DNA of 64,000 nt from the NCBI GenBank assembly GCA_009923785.1, contig RFSV01000003.1, positions 2,534-66,533 on the forward strand, in the 5' to 3' direction. The translations under genes and the position numbers were made by a program. Under the pieces are notes generated by a model. That model was given only the letters and a program-made list of their open reading frames with translations. It was not told where the DNA came from and did not search any database. Positions 1 to 9,780 of the stretch are shown piece by piece. How positions within the stretch are numbered: position 1 is the first letter of the stretch; each line of letters opens with the position of its first letter. The DNA is from Acidimicrobiia bacterium. Its GTDB lineage: Bacteria > Actinomycetota > Acidimicrobiia > Acidimicrobiales > Ilumatobacteraceae.

Positions 1-279
1 GATCTTGAGCGTCTCGCCACCGAGAATCGCTGTGAGTTCGGCATTGACGATCTTGACGATCTGCTGGCTCGGATCGAGAGCCTTCGACAATTCGATACCG
101 ACTGCACCGTCGCGAATGCGGTCGACAACCGAACGCACGACCGACACGTTGACGTCGGCTTCGAGCAGAGCGGTACGAATTTCCTTCAGGACCTCGTCGA
201 CATCTGCTTGCGTGAGAAGTCCCTTGCCGCGGATCTTCTTGAAGATCCCCTCGAAACGGCCGGACAGATTGTCGAACAT
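1..279 (-). CDS. ffh: Signal recognition particle protein Ffh, N-terminal fragment (gene runs off the left edge of the window)
   Basis: Not in the ORF track because it leaves the window. Manual reverse translation from ATG (complement of 277-279) gives MFDNLSGRFEGIFKKIRGKGLLTQADVDEVLKEIRTALLEADVNVSVVRSVVDRIRD..., the canonical Ffh N-domain start. It lies downstream of smc-ftsY as in other actinobacteria. Confidence 0.85.
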   Translation of the reverse strand, partial: MFDNLSGRFEGIFKKIRGKGLLTQADVDEVLKEIRTALLEADVNVSVVRSVVDRIRDGAVGIELSKALDPSQQIVKIVNAELTAILGGETLKI

Positions 280-333
280 GAGGTCGAGGTTAGCGACGGT
301 CTGCCGGGGGTGAACCGTCGGCGAGTATCACCC

Positions 334-1863
334 CTAGCCGACGGTGACAGCAGTGACCACGTCGTTCTCGACGGTGAGGTTCACTCGATTCCAGAGGTAA
401 TCCATGGTCAGCGAGAACTGCTCTCCGTCGCGTGCGGCCACGCGAACCTCCCAACCTCGAGCGACGGCAACTTCGAAAGCTTCGTCTTCGTTCAGGCCGA
501 TCAGATCGGTGGTTTCGCCATCAGAGATCGCAATGGCATCGACTCCGCCACCGCTTCCCGACGAACCACCGCCAGGGAACGGCGCTGGTTCGATCGGCAT
601 CGGTTCGGGCTCGACGGGCAACGGAGGCTCGACGATGTCGAGATACTCGCTCGGGATCGCCGGCACCGTGTAGCGACCGCGATAGCCCCACTCGTCCTCG
701 GCAGCCACGAAGGTGTACCCGGGCACGAGATACACGTCCCCATCGACACTCCAGTAGGTGATGTACTCCTCCTCGACATCGACGAGTCGTACGACAATCG
801 TCTCGGGGATCACCTCAGGGATCGTCTCATCGGGGACGATCGTGTCGTCGGTGATCACAGTCTCGTCGGTGATCACCGAGTCATCGATGATCACTGTGTC
901 GTCGGTGATCACCGTCTCATCGGGAGCAAGCTCAGGAGACACCGGATCGACGAGTACGGGAGAGCCGTCGACAGCTGGTTCGATCGCGACCCGACCCATC
1001 ATCGATCGATAGTCGTCGCGAAGGCGATCGAGACCGACCGCCGTACCGACCCGCGGGTACGTAGCCAGTCGTTCCGGACGACCGAGATAGCCGCCGGCGT
1101 ACGTCAGACGTCCGTTCTCGCCGAACGAAGCGGTGAGTGTCATCGACGACCGCACTCCTCCGATCGACACGTAGCCCCATGCACCGGCCGACCAGTCGTC
1201 TCCGTACGACTCGATCGTCAATTGATCGGCACCGAATCCGAGTCGTGTGACGAGATCTCGGAATTTCGTTTCGGCCTCGGCGGCCGACGGAACGCCGACG
1301 GGTGGGGTCGGCTCGATCCATTCGTCGGGACACATCACGTCGTCTTCGACGAGCACGCCGTCTGGGTCGATCGGTGACACGCACGGCTCGACACGGCTCG
1401 TCGACGTGGCCTCCCAACCTTCGGAGTACCACCACGTCAGCATTCCGTCGTCGGACACAGTGATCGTGGGGCCCGACCCGTCGTCGGGCCCGACCGACCA
1501 TGTGGTCCATTCGTAGTCGGTGCCGGGGTCGGTCGTGGTGCGAGTGAACGAGCCGTCCACACCGAGAACCTCGAGCAGGGTCGCCAACTGCTCAGCCGAT
1601 GGTTCGACACCGCCACTGAGCACGTACACCGGTGCCTCGGAGTCAAGGGCGGGCAACGAACCGTCGACCACGAACTCCCACTCCGTGGGCACGTACATCG
1701 ACATGCGGTCGGGGGCGACCATGTCGGCGCTCACTCCCGCTTCGGCCGAAGCAGCACCGGCCCCGATCCGAAGAACCGGCAGGGCCGACGGATTGTCGGG
1801 ATCGTCTCCGCACGCGGCTATGACAGCCAGCGCGGCGAGAACGGGAAGTGAACGACGCACCAT
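334..1863 (-). CDS. Secreted lipoprotein with acidic hexapeptide tandem repeats and a C-terminal peptidase-inhibitor-I78-like domain
   Basis: ORF 334..2007 trimmed to the internal ATG (complement 1861-1863). This gives MVRRSLPVLAALAVIAACGDD (signal peptide plus lipobox-like A-A-C) and removes overlap with the ftsY stop at 1940. Contains D-[DE]-[TS]-V-I-[TI] repeats. The C-terminus GLNEDEAFEVAVARGWEVRVAARDGEQFSLTMDYLWNRVNLTVENDVVTAVTVG matches my recollection of the I78 pattern (TMDY..R.N..V.....V..G). Confidence 0.6.
   Translation of the reverse strand: MVRRSLPVLAALAVIAACGDDPDNPSALPVLRIGAGAASAEAGVSADMVAPDRMSMYVPTEWEFVVDGSLPALDSEAPVYVLSGGVEPSAEQLATLLEVLGVDGSFTRTTTDPGTDYEWTTWSVGPDDGSGPTITVSDDGMLTWWYSEGWEATSTSRVEPCVSPIDPDGVLVEDDVMCPDEWIEPTPPVGVPSAAEAETKFRDLVTRLGFGADQLTIESYGDDWSAGAWGYVSIGGVRSSMTLTASFGENGRLTYAGGYLGRPERLATYPRVGTAVGLDRLRDDYRSMMGRVAIEPAVDGSPVLVDPVSPELAPDETVITDDTVIIDDSVITDETVITDDTIVPDETIPEVIPETIVVRLVDVEEEYITYWSVDGDVYLVPGYTFVAAEDEWGYRGRYTVPAIPSEYLDIVEPPLPVEPEPMPIEPAPFPGGGSSGSGGGVDAIAISDGETTDLIGLNEDEAFEVAVARGWEVRVAARDGEQFSLTMDYLWNRVNLTVENDVVTAVTVG
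800..930. repeat. Imperfect 18-nt tandem repeat (about 6-7 copies) inside the lipoprotein gene
   Basis: The core tcgtcggtgatcac recurs at 845, 863 and 899, with variant tcatcgatgatcac at 881. Degenerate copies lie at about 800, 827 and 917. Period is 18 nt, in frame, encoding DETVIT/DDTVII/DDSVIT/DETVIT/DDTIVP/DETIPE. Confidence 0.8.
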
Positions 1864-1939
1864 GTGCGACAAGGTAGGGGTTCGACGACGGCGAGTCATG
1901 TCACTTGGACGTCGCGGGACGAACGTCGGTTCCCGCGGG

Positions 1940-3088
1940 TTACGACGAAAAGAGCGCCCCCACGAATTCATCGGGGTCGAATGGAACGAGATCGCCGATC
2001 GTCTCACCGAGCCCGACCAACTTCACGGGAATGCCGAACTCGGTCTCGATGGCGAACACGATGCCACCCTTGGCCGAACCGTCGAGCTTCGTGAGCACCA
2101 CACCTGTCACTCCGGCTGCTTCGGTGAATTCACGCGCCTGTGACAGACCGTTCTGTCCGGTCGTCGCATCGATCACCAACAACACTTCACTCACGTGACC
2201 CGGATCGCGATCGGCGACTCGACGCACCTTGCGTAGTTCGTCCATGAGATTGGACTTGTTCTGAAGCCGTCCGGCCGTGTCACCGAGAACCAGATTGGCG
2301 CCACGGGATTTCGCGCGCTGCACCCCGTCGAACACCACCGAACTCGGATCGCCACCTTCGGCCCCCCGCACCAATTCGGCACCAGATCGTTCCGCCCACG
2401 TGCCGAGCTGTTCGGCCGCCGCGGCCCGAAAGGTGTCTCCGGCGGCCAACACCACCGACAGCCCGGCTGCCGTCTGTTGGGCCGACACCTTCCCGATCGT
2501 CGTCGTCTTACCGACACCGTTGACACCTACGAACAACCACACGTCCACTTGATCGTCTGAGGCGGTGCGATGCAGGCCTCGATCGGCTCCAGCCAGACGC
2601 CCGACCATCTCGCCTCGCAAAGCGTCGAGAAGTTCGTCGGGGCTCGAGATCTCCTTGTTCGACACCCGCTCGCGCAACCCGTCGAGCAGGCTCGTGGTGA
2701 CACCGAGTCCCACGTCGGCTCGAAGGAGCGCTTCCTCCAGGTCGTCCCACGTGTCGTCGGTGATTCCCGAGCGAGCGCGCACACCGCCGAAGGCTCCGGC
2801 CAGTACGGCGGCAGCCTTACCCATCCGAGAGCGAAACGAGGGGGCCTCGTCGACTGACTCGATTTCTGGTTCAGGCTCCTGCTCGGGCTCGTCGTGTACT
2901 TCGGGCCGAGGCGCGAGTTCCGGCTCGGGCTCCGGTGCGGGCTCTCTCTCGATCGGCCGGCTGACAACCGGCGGCACCCCCGGCGATCCTCCTCGGCCGC
3001 GGCGATTCAACAACACCACGCCGATGCCGAACACCAGCACAACCGCGATCAGTATCAGCAGGATGTCTTGAGTATCGACAGCGATCAT
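1940..3088 (-). CDS. ftsY: Signal recognition particle receptor FtsY
   Basis: 382 aa. N-terminal TM helix plus acidic E/P-rich region, then an SRP GTPase domain: GVNGVGKTTTIGK (G1), DTAGRLQNK, TKLDGSAKGG. Its ATG overlaps the smc stop (ATGA at 3085-3088). Confidence 0.95.
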   Translation of the reverse strand: MIAVDTQDILLILIAVVLVFGIGVVLLNRRGRGGSPGVPPVVSRPIEREPAPEPEPELAPRPEVHDEPEQEPEPEIESVDEAPSFRSRMGKAAAVLAGAFGGVRARSGITDDTWDDLEEALLRADVGLGVTTSLLDGLRERVSNKEISSPDELLDALRGEMVGRLAGADRGLHRTASDDQVDVWLFVGVNGVGKTTTIGKVSAQQTAAGLSVVLAAGDTFRAAAAEQLGTWAERSGAELVRGAEGGDPSSVVFDGVQRAKSRGANLVLGDTAGRLQNKSNLMDELRKVRRVADRDPGHVSEVLLVIDATTGQNGLSQAREFTEAAGVTGVVLTKLDGSAKGGIVFAIETEFGIPVKLVGLGETIGDLVPFDPDEFVGALFSS

Positions 3089-6000
3089 GAGCCAGCTTCG
3101 AGTCGCTCCGAAACGACTTTCGAGGAGCCTCCGGGTTGCATGCTCACACCAAGGAGACAGTCACCGGCTTCCATGGTGCGCTTCTGGTGGCTCACGATGA
3201 TCAGCTGCGCATCCTGACGAAACTCTTTCACGAGACCGAGGAAACGATGCAGGTTCACGTCGTCGAGGGCTGCTTCGACCTCGTCCATCACGTAGAACGG
3301 CGACGGACGACTGCGGAATACGGCGAACAGGAACGCCATGGCGGTGAGAGTGCGCTCACCACCGGACAGAAGGCTCAATTTCTTCACGTTCTTGCCGCCC
3401 GGCTTGGCCTCGACCTCGATACCGGTGTTCAACAGATCGTCGGGGGCGGTGAGAATCAAGCGTCCACCACCACCCGGGAACAACATCCCGAACAACGTCG
3501 TGAAATTCTCACTCACGTCGGCGAAGGCTGCGGCAAATACTTGCTGGATCTCCTGATCGATCGCCGAGATCACACGCATCAGTTCGCGTCGGGTGTTCCG
3601 AACGTCGTCGAGCTGCGCCTCGAGGAACGTGTGGCGCTCCTGCAGTTCGGTGAATTCTTGCAAGGCCAAAGGATTGATCGGACCCATGAGTCGTAGTTCT
3701 CGTTCGAGATCGCGAACACGCGCCGGCGCCGACAACCCTTCGGGAAGTTCGGGAAGTTCGGCGGCCTCGGCAACCGAGGGCTCGACGTCGAGATCGCGCC
3801 GAAGGGTCTCGACCGTGGCCTCGAGTCGCATCCGGACCTCGGTCTCGTCGATCTCGGTACGCCGCGAGGTCTCGCGCACCTGTTCGAGTTCGCGCTCGGC
3901 AGCCAGTCGGTCGCGACGCATCTGGTCGAGACGAGTTGCCAGTTCGCGTACCTCGTCACTTTGACGTCGACGGCGTTCGTGAAGGTCGGCCAACCATGTT
4001 TCGATGGTGTGCCGATGCGTGTCGACCATCGCCGCCAACGACTCCGTCACGGCGATCACCTTCTCGATTCGCTCACGCCGTCCGGCGACTTCGGCGCGAG
4101 CCGTCGCATCGGCAGCCAATCGTCGTTCGGTCTCGGCAAGCCGCGATTCGAGGAATTGCTTACGTTCCAGCAGTCCGGCCGAACGCACCGCCAGATCTCG
4201 ACGTCGACCGGCGAGTAGCGCGGCTTTGGCTTCGAGCGAGGCTCGAGCCTCACCTCTCACCCGGGCCGCTTCGACCTCGGCCACTTCGTCTTGTTCGAGA
4301 GACGGAAGGAGGCGATCGAGCTCGGCGACTCGTTGGCGCTGTTCGGAAAGTCGCTCGTCGAGCTCGTGACGAGCGACGTCGAGTCCCTCGGCCTCGGCCG
4401 AGATCTCTCGGCGCTCACCTTGAACCCGCGCCAAAGCTTCGGTGGCCGCCGTGAAGGTGGAGTCGTTGGCGTCGAGCCGCTTCTGTACGTCGGCCTCGAT
4501 CTGACGAGCACGATCGAGAGTCGACTTGGCCGCCACCAATTCGGATTCACAACGTTCCAATTCGCTGGAGGCCGAAGCAACCTTGTCGATCGCCTCGTCG
4601 AGTGCTGATGCGGTGGCTCCACCACCGGCCACTCCGATCCGCCAACCACCGACTGCGAAACGATCACAGGCCGCCGTGACCGCCACCAACGACGGATCGG
4701 AGATCACGGCATCCACGGCACCCTGCCAGTCGTCGACTCGCACGGCGCGGGCCAACAACGAGTCGAGTAGGGCCGAGACATCGGTCCGATCGGCACTCAC
4801 GTGAGACCGCACAGCATCGGATCCCGACACGGCCGCCGGAGCGGCGAGCAGCGATCCGAGCGCGATCACGGCTCCGGACGTGCCCGTCTCGCGGAGATGT
4901 GACAGCGCGCGCCGGGCCGCCGTCGCGTCGTTCACCACGACCGCAGTGAGAGCTTCTCCGAGCGCCGCCTCCACGGCATCTTCCCAACCCACGTCGATTC
5001 GCACCAGATCGAGAAGCGTCCCCACCACACCGGAGACATCTCGCAACTTCTCGGCTCCGGCTCGGGCACGAGCACTGTCGAGAGCGAGTTGGAGCGCTTC
5101 CACTCTCGCCTGCCAACGCGCGAGTGCCGAAGCTGCGTCGGCCCGACCGGCTACGGCCGCCTCGTGGGCGGCTTCGGCAGCCATCCGAGCACTTTCGGCT
5201 TCGGCGACCTCGGATACGAGCGGCTCCTCGGCTTCTTGAGCGCGTGTGAGTTCGTTTCGAAGATTCTCGACTTCGGTTTCGAGCCTCGCGTCGCGCTCAC
5301 CAAGTGCATCACGACGGGTCACCACGCGCCGGTGTTCGACTTCGGTGGACTCGAGCGCGGCACGCAAGGTGCGCAATTCGCCGCGAACTTCAGCCGCCGC
5401 GGTAGCCGCCGATGCCGATGAGGTGATGCCATCGAACAACGTGGCGGCCTCGGTGCGCTCTCCTTCGAAGGCCGCCTCGTCGTTGGCCAAGACGAGGCCC
5501 TCGGGCTCGAGCCGAGCGATACCCGCTTCGACGTCGTCGAGTTCGGAGCGCAAAGCGGCCGCATCGGCCTCGAGCGTGGCAATGAGGCCCGAGTCCATGA
5601 GTTGACCTCGGTCTCGCTCGTAGGAGCGTCGACGTTCGGTGACGAGCATCGAAATACCGCGCGCCCGCTCACGAAGCTGCTCGACTCTGACCAATTCATC
5701 ACTCAGGCCACTGTCGCCCCGCGCCGTCAATTCGGCTTCGGCGGCCATGACGTTCGTATCGAGCTCAGCCAGGGACTGACGCAATTCCGATTCCCGCTTG
5801 GCGGCTGTCGTCCGTTCGAGCGCCAAAGTTTCGAGACGCTTCCGGTGACCGGCGATTTCTCGGCCAGCCAAGAAGATCTGCAAAGCCGACAACTCGGCGA
5901 CGAGGTCGCCGTGTCGGCGTGCTGCGTCGGCCTGGCGTTCGAGCGGCCGCAACTGGCGCCGAACCTCGCGAAGCAGATCCTGGACTCGCAGCAAGCTCGC

Positions 6001-6555
6001 CTCGGTGGCCTCGAGACGACGCTCGGATTTCTCCTTGCGCTTGCGGAACTTGAGGACGCCGGCGGCTTCTTCGATGATGGATCGACGGTCCTCGGGTCGA
6101 GCGTTGAGGACGGCGTCGATCTGGCCCTGACTCACGATCACGTGCTGTTGGCGACCGACTCCGGCATCTGACAACAATTCCTGGACGTCGAGAAGTCGAC
6201 AGGGCACGCCGTTGATGGCGTACTCGCTCTCACCTGTTCGAAAAAGAGTGCGGCTGACGCTGACTTCGTTGAACTCGAGCGGTAACAGACCTCTCGAGTT
6301 GTCGAGGGTCAAGGTGACCTCGGCCCGTCCGAGAGCCGGGCGCTTGGCGGTACCGGCGAAGATGACGTCGTCCATCTTCTGGCTGCGGACCGCACTCGGG
6401 GCCTGAGCGCCGAGAACCCACGCGATGGCGTCGACCACGTTGGATTTGCCCGAGCCATTCGGACCGACCACCACGGTCACTCCGGGTTCGAGGTCCATGA
6501 CGGTGGTGTCGGCAAAGGACTTGAAGCCCTTCAGGGTGAGCGTTTTCAGGAACAC
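3085..6555 (-). CDS. smc: Chromosome segregation protein SMC
   Basis: 1156 aa. N-terminal MFLKTLTLKGFKSFAD...GPNGSGKSNVVDAI (Walker A), long coiled coils, a central hinge, C-terminal LSGGERTLTAMAFLFAV (signature motif) and YVMDEVEAALD (Walker B). Confidence 0.95.
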   Translation of the reverse strand: MFLKTLTLKGFKSFADTTVMDLEPGVTVVVGPNGSGKSNVVDAIAWVLGAQAPSAVRSQKMDDVIFAGTAKRPALGRAEVTLTLDNSRGLLPLEFNEVSVSRTLFRTGESEYAINGVPCRLLDVQELLSDAGVGRQQHVIVSQGQIDAVLNARPEDRRSIIEEAAGVLKFRKRKEKSERRLEATEASLLRVQDLLREVRRQLRPLERQADAARRHGDLVAELSALQIFLAGREIAGHRKRLETLALERTTAAKRESELRQSLAELDTNVMAAEAELTARGDSGLSDELVRVEQLRERARGISMLVTERRRSYERDRGQLMDSGLIATLEADAAALRSELDDVEAGIARLEPEGLVLANDEAAFEGERTEAATLFDGITSSASAATAAAEVRGELRTLRAALESTEVEHRRVVTRRDALGERDARLETEVENLRNELTRAQEAEEPLVSEVAEAESARMAAEAAHEAAVAGRADAASALARWQARVEALQLALDSARARAGAEKLRDVSGVVGTLLDLVRIDVGWEDAVEAALGEALTAVVVNDATAARRALSHLRETGTSGAVIALGSLLAAPAAVSGSDAVRSHVSADRTDVSALLDSLLARAVRVDDWQGAVDAVISDPSLVAVTAACDRFAVGGWRIGVAGGGATASALDEAIDKVASASSELERCESELVAAKSTLDRARQIEADVQKRLDANDSTFTAATEALARVQGERREISAEAEGLDVARHELDERLSEQRQRVAELDRLLPSLEQDEVAEVEAARVRGEARASLEAKAALLAGRRRDLAVRSAGLLERKQFLESRLAETERRLAADATARAEVAGRRERIEKVIAVTESLAAMVDTHRHTIETWLADLHERRRRQSDEVRELATRLDQMRRDRLAAERELEQVRETSRRTEIDETEVRMRLEATVETLRRDLDVEPSVAEAAELPELPEGLSAPARVRDLERELRLMGPINPLALQEFTELQERHTFLEAQLDDVRNTRRELMRVISAIDQEIQQVFAAAFADVSENFTTLFGMLFPGGGGRLILTAPDDLLNTGIEVEAKPGGKNVKKLSLLSGGERTLTAMAFLFAVFRSRPSPFYVMDEVEAALDDVNLHRFLGLVKEFRQDAQLIIVSHQKRTMEAGDCLLGVSMQPGGSSKVVSERLEAGS

Positions 6556-6613
6556 GGCGACCCGACCCTAGTTCACCGACCTCTCCGACGAGGGCCGAAA
6601 CCGCTGGCGCGGG

Positions 6614-7450
6614 TCACCGTTGACACACCGCACACCAGTGACTGGTCCGGCCTCCGATCGATGCCGATTTGATGCGCCCCCGATCACACGTGACACACGA
6701 CTGCCCAGTTCGTCCATACACACGGTGGCGTTCCTGGAACGAGCCGGCCCGACCCTGAGGATCGACGTATTGAGCGTCACGGAGAGTGGATCCCCCGGCT
6801 GAAACGGCTTCGTTCAACACGTCGACCACTGCTCTCACGAGGCGACGAGTCTGCTCTCGATTCACCCGATTCGCCGGTCGTAACGGGTTCAAGCGTGCGC
6901 GATGGAGAATCTCGTCGCCGTAGATGTTTCCGATACCAGCGATCACGCTCTGGTCGAGCAATACCGCTTTCAGGGCACGTCGAGTTCGCACCAGCGACCG
7001 TCGCAGCACCATCTCGTCGAAGGTGTCGACGAGTGGATCGGGGCCGAGCCGGGCGAGTTCTGGAACCACCGATTCGGCGTCGTCCGGGCCGAACACGACC
7101 ACTTCTCCGAACGTGCGCGGATCTACGAAACGAACTTCGACCTGATTGGCGAAGTTCAACACCACGTGGGTGTGGGCCGGACGAGGTGTCGTCGCGTCAT
7201 GCACCAGCAGCTGTCCGCTCATTCGCAGGTGCACCATGAGCGTCTCGGTTGAGTCGAGTGCGAACAACAGATACTTCCCACGTCGATCGACCGACACCAC
7301 CGTCGACCCGACGAGTCCCGCAATCAGACGATCGGCACCGACTCGCCGATAGGCGCGCTCGCGCCCGAGTTCGACACTGTCGATTCTTCGCTGCACCACG
7401 TGCTCGACGAGGCCTCGTCGAACCGTCTCGACCTCGGGCAGTTCAGGCAC
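6614..7450 (-). CDS. mutM: Formamidopyrimidine-DNA glycosylase (Fpg/MutM)
   Basis: 278 aa starting MPELPEVETVRRGL (catalytic Pro2/Glu3). H2TH region, and a C-terminal zinc finger C-x2-C...C-x2-C (CVTCDRG...HWCAVCQ). Confidence 0.9.
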   Translation of the reverse strand: MPELPEVETVRRGLVEHVVQRRIDSVELGRERAYRRVGADRLIAGLVGSTVVSVDRRGKYLLFALDSTETLMVHLRMSGQLLVHDATTPRPAHTHVVLNFANQVEVRFVDPRTFGEVVVFGPDDAESVVPELARLGPDPLVDTFDEMVLRRSLVRTRRALKAVLLDQSVIAGIGNIYGDEILHRARLNPLRPANRVNREQTRRLVRAVVDVLNEAVSAGGSTLRDAQYVDPQGRAGSFQERHRVYGRTGQSCVTCDRGRIKSASIGGRTSHWCAVCQR

Positions 7451-8129
7451 TGGTCACGTCGACGCCACGCCCCACCAACACGTCGAGAGCCTGCTCGGAG
7501 GCGCGTTGGATGGCGATCTTCTTCGAGTGGCCGATTCCGCGACCGAGAGTCTCGCCCTCCACCACGACGGAGGCGTCGAAGGAGGGTTCGTGAGCGCGAC
7601 CCGACGACGTCGTCTGGACCACCGGCGGCCGACCGAACTCTCGAACACACACTCTGATGAGACGACTCCGCGCGTCGACTCGATCGAGACGACGCCAGGC
7701 CTCCTTGGCCCGTGAAGCCACCAATTGGCGAACGAATCGCCGGGTTCGAGCGACTCCCGCATCGAGATACAGGGCGCCGATGATCGCTTCGAGAGTGTCG
7801 GCCAGGATCGACGTCTTGTCGAACCCCTTCGCTTCACGCTCACCGGCTCCGAGTCGAACGAACCGACCGAGACCGATCTCACGCGCCATGTCGGCCAACG
7901 CCTCGGCGCTCACCAGGGACTTGCGTAGATCGGTCAACTGACCCTCGGTCGCCGACGGATGACGGCGAATCACCAGATCGGCCACGATCCAGCCGAGTAC
8001 GGCATCACCCAGAAATTCGAGACGTTCGTTCGACGGTGCGCCGCCGTTCTCGGCACACCATGAACGATGCGCCATGGCCAAATCGAGAAGATCGGGCTTC
8101 TTGAACGTGTGCCCCGACAGTGCCGACAT
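7443..8129 (-). CDS. rnc: Ribonuclease III
   Basis: 228 aa with the RNase III signature NERLEFLGDAVLG and a C-terminal dsRBD-like region (GRAHEPSF...GHSKKIAIQRASEQAL). Overlaps the mutM start by 8 nt. Confidence 0.9.
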   Translation of the reverse strand: MSALSGHTFKKPDLLDLAMAHRSWCAENGGAPSNERLEFLGDAVLGWIVADLVIRRHPSATEGQLTDLRKSLVSAEALADMAREIGLGRFVRLGAGEREAKGFDKTSILADTLEAIIGALYLDAGVARTRRFVRQLVASRAKEAWRRLDRVDARSRLIRVCVREFGRPPVVQTTSSGRAHEPSFDASVVVEGETLGRGIGHSKKIAIQRASEQALDVLVGRGVDVTSA

Positions 8130-8164
8130 CCACTCGTGGACGTCGCGAGGAGACGAGAGCTCGT

Positions 8165-8473
8165 TCAGCCCCCACCACCTCGTGCTCGAACTTGCTCGTA
8201 CACGAAATCGACCGCATCGCGCACCGTCTTCAGGTCGGCCAGGTCTTCGTCTTCGATGCGGAATCCGACCGTACGTTCGCTCAACTCTTCTTCGAGCGCC
8301 TCGACCAGTTCGACGAGAGCCAATGAGTCGGCTCCGAGATCGTCCTTGAAACTCTGGCCCTCCGAGATGTTCTCGGGGTCGATTTCGAGAATGTCGACGA
8401 GCTGATCTCGAACGATCGCGAAGATCTCGTCACGGCCGATCGGACCAGGAACGACATGGGTTTCAGCGGGCAC
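8165..8473 (-). CDS. acpP: Acyl carrier protein
   Basis: 102 aa with the phosphopantetheine attachment motif DLGADSLALVELVEALEEE. Lies in the conserved plsX-acpP-rnc context. AGGAGG-like RBS (gaaggagggg) upstream. Confidence 0.85.
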   Translation of the reverse strand: MPAETHVVPGPIGRDEIFAIVRDQLVDILEIDPENISEGQSFKDDLGADSLALVELVEALEEELSERTVGFRIEDEDLADLKTVRDAVDFVYEQVRARGGGG

Positions 8474-8506
8474 AGCCCCTCCTTCGTGACAACCGTTGGA
8501 TCGAGC

Positions 8507-9481
8507 CTAGTTGGAGGTGGTGGCGATGGCCGCGCGAATCCGGCCGACGATGTCGCGCTCGACCATGTCGGCCGCCACCTTGATGCCGTTCACGATGGCT
8601 CGGGCCGAGGACGAACCATGAGAGATGATGCAGACTCCGTCGACGCCGAGCAGAATCGCTCCGCCGGTCGTGTCGGGATCGACTGATTCGTAGAGCGGAA
8701 GAAGAGCCGGCAACAGAACATCGGCGTGCTCTTTGTATTCGGGTTTCGACGAAAAAGCATCCATGAGTGCACGCACGAGCGTCTTCATTCCACCTTCCAA
8801 CGTCTTCAACACGACATTGCCGGTGAAGCCATCGGTCACGACCACGTCGACCGCGTCGGACATAACGTCGCGGCCTTCCACATTGCCGATGAAGTCGATG
8901 CCAGGTGCGACCGACAACAACTCGTACGCTTCCTTGCGGAGGGAGTCCCCTTTACCGGGCTCTTCGCCGATCGACAGGAGCCCGACACGCGGCGACGAAA
9001 TGCCGTAGCGGTACTCGGCATAGACCGACCCCATCTGAGCGAACTGCACGAGCCAATCGGCTTGAACTTCGGCGTTGGCCCCGGCATCGAGGAGAACCGT
9101 CGGCGTTCCTCCGGGAACAGGAATCGGCGTGGCAATGGCCGGTCGACTCACACCTTTGATCCGACCCATGCGCAAGAGAGCCGAAGCCATGGTCGCGCCG
9201 GTGTTTCCAGCCGAGATCATGGCCGACGCCTTGCCGTCACGTACGGCTTCGGCGGCGCGGACGAGAGTCGAATCCTTCTTGGTGCGCACCGACTTGCCCG
9301 GATCGTCGTCCATAGCGATGAACTCGGTCGCGGGAATCAGCGGAAGGTCGCCCCGACCTTCGAGATCGGGAGGCCCGACGAGAACAACGGGGATTCCGAG
9401 TGCGACCGCATCACGAACACCGGCCAGAACTTCCTGGGGAGCGCGATCTCCCCCGAGAGCGTCGACTGCGATCGGCAACAT
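8507..9481 (-). CDS. plsX: Phosphate acyltransferase PlsX
   Basis: ORF 8507..10147 trimmed to the internal ATG (complement 9479-9481), giving 324 aa: MLPIAVDALGGDRAPQEVLAG...SAGNTGATMA...GNVEGRD.... The R/G/P-rich upstream 222 aa of the ORF overlaps rpmF and DUF177 and is not PlsX-like. Confidence 0.9.
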   Translation of the reverse strand: MLPIAVDALGGDRAPQEVLAGVRDAVALGIPVVLVGPPDLEGRGDLPLIPATEFIAMDDDPGKSVRTKKDSTLVRAAEAVRDGKASAMISAGNTGATMASALLRMGRIKGVSRPAIATPIPVPGGTPTVLLDAGANAEVQADWLVQFAQMGSVYAEYRYGISSPRVGLLSIGEEPGKGDSLRKEAYELLSVAPGIDFIGNVEGRDVMSDAVDVVVTDGFTGNVVLKTLEGGMKTLVRALMDAFSSKPEYKEHADVLLPALLPLYESVDPDTTGGAILLGVDGVCIISHGSSSARAIVNGIKVAADMVERDIVGRIRAAIATTSN

Positions 9482-9521
9482 GAAGGTAGGAGAATGACCT
9501 GTCCGAGGATCGGACGTCGGC

Positions 9522-9698
9522 TCAGACTTCGATGGCGACGCGGTTCTTGTACCAGCCGCAGGCCTTGCACACCGTGTGCGGCAACTTGGCCGATCCACAA
9601 CGCGGGCAGAGGCTGCGCGACGGAGAGCCCAACTTCCAGGCACCGGCGCGGTGGCTGCGGGACTTCGACTTCGACTTCTTTTTCTTGGGAACTGCCAC
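9522..9698 (-). CDS. rpmF: 50S ribosomal protein L32
   Basis: 58 aa from GTG (complement 9696-9698) preceded by GAGGAG 9 nt upstream: MAVPKKKKSKSKSRSHRAGAWKL...CPRCGSAKLPHTVCKACGWY (L32 zinc-ribbon type). Confidence 0.9.
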   Translation of the reverse strand: MAVPKKKKSKSKSRSHRAGAWKLGSPSRSLCPRCGSAKLPHTVCKACGWYKNRVAIEV

Positions 9699-9780
9699 AG
9701 CGATCGTCTCCTCGTAACGGCCCTCCGAGGATAGCGGTGACCCGACGCTCCCCCACCGGTGTCGCCCGGAGTCGTGACCC

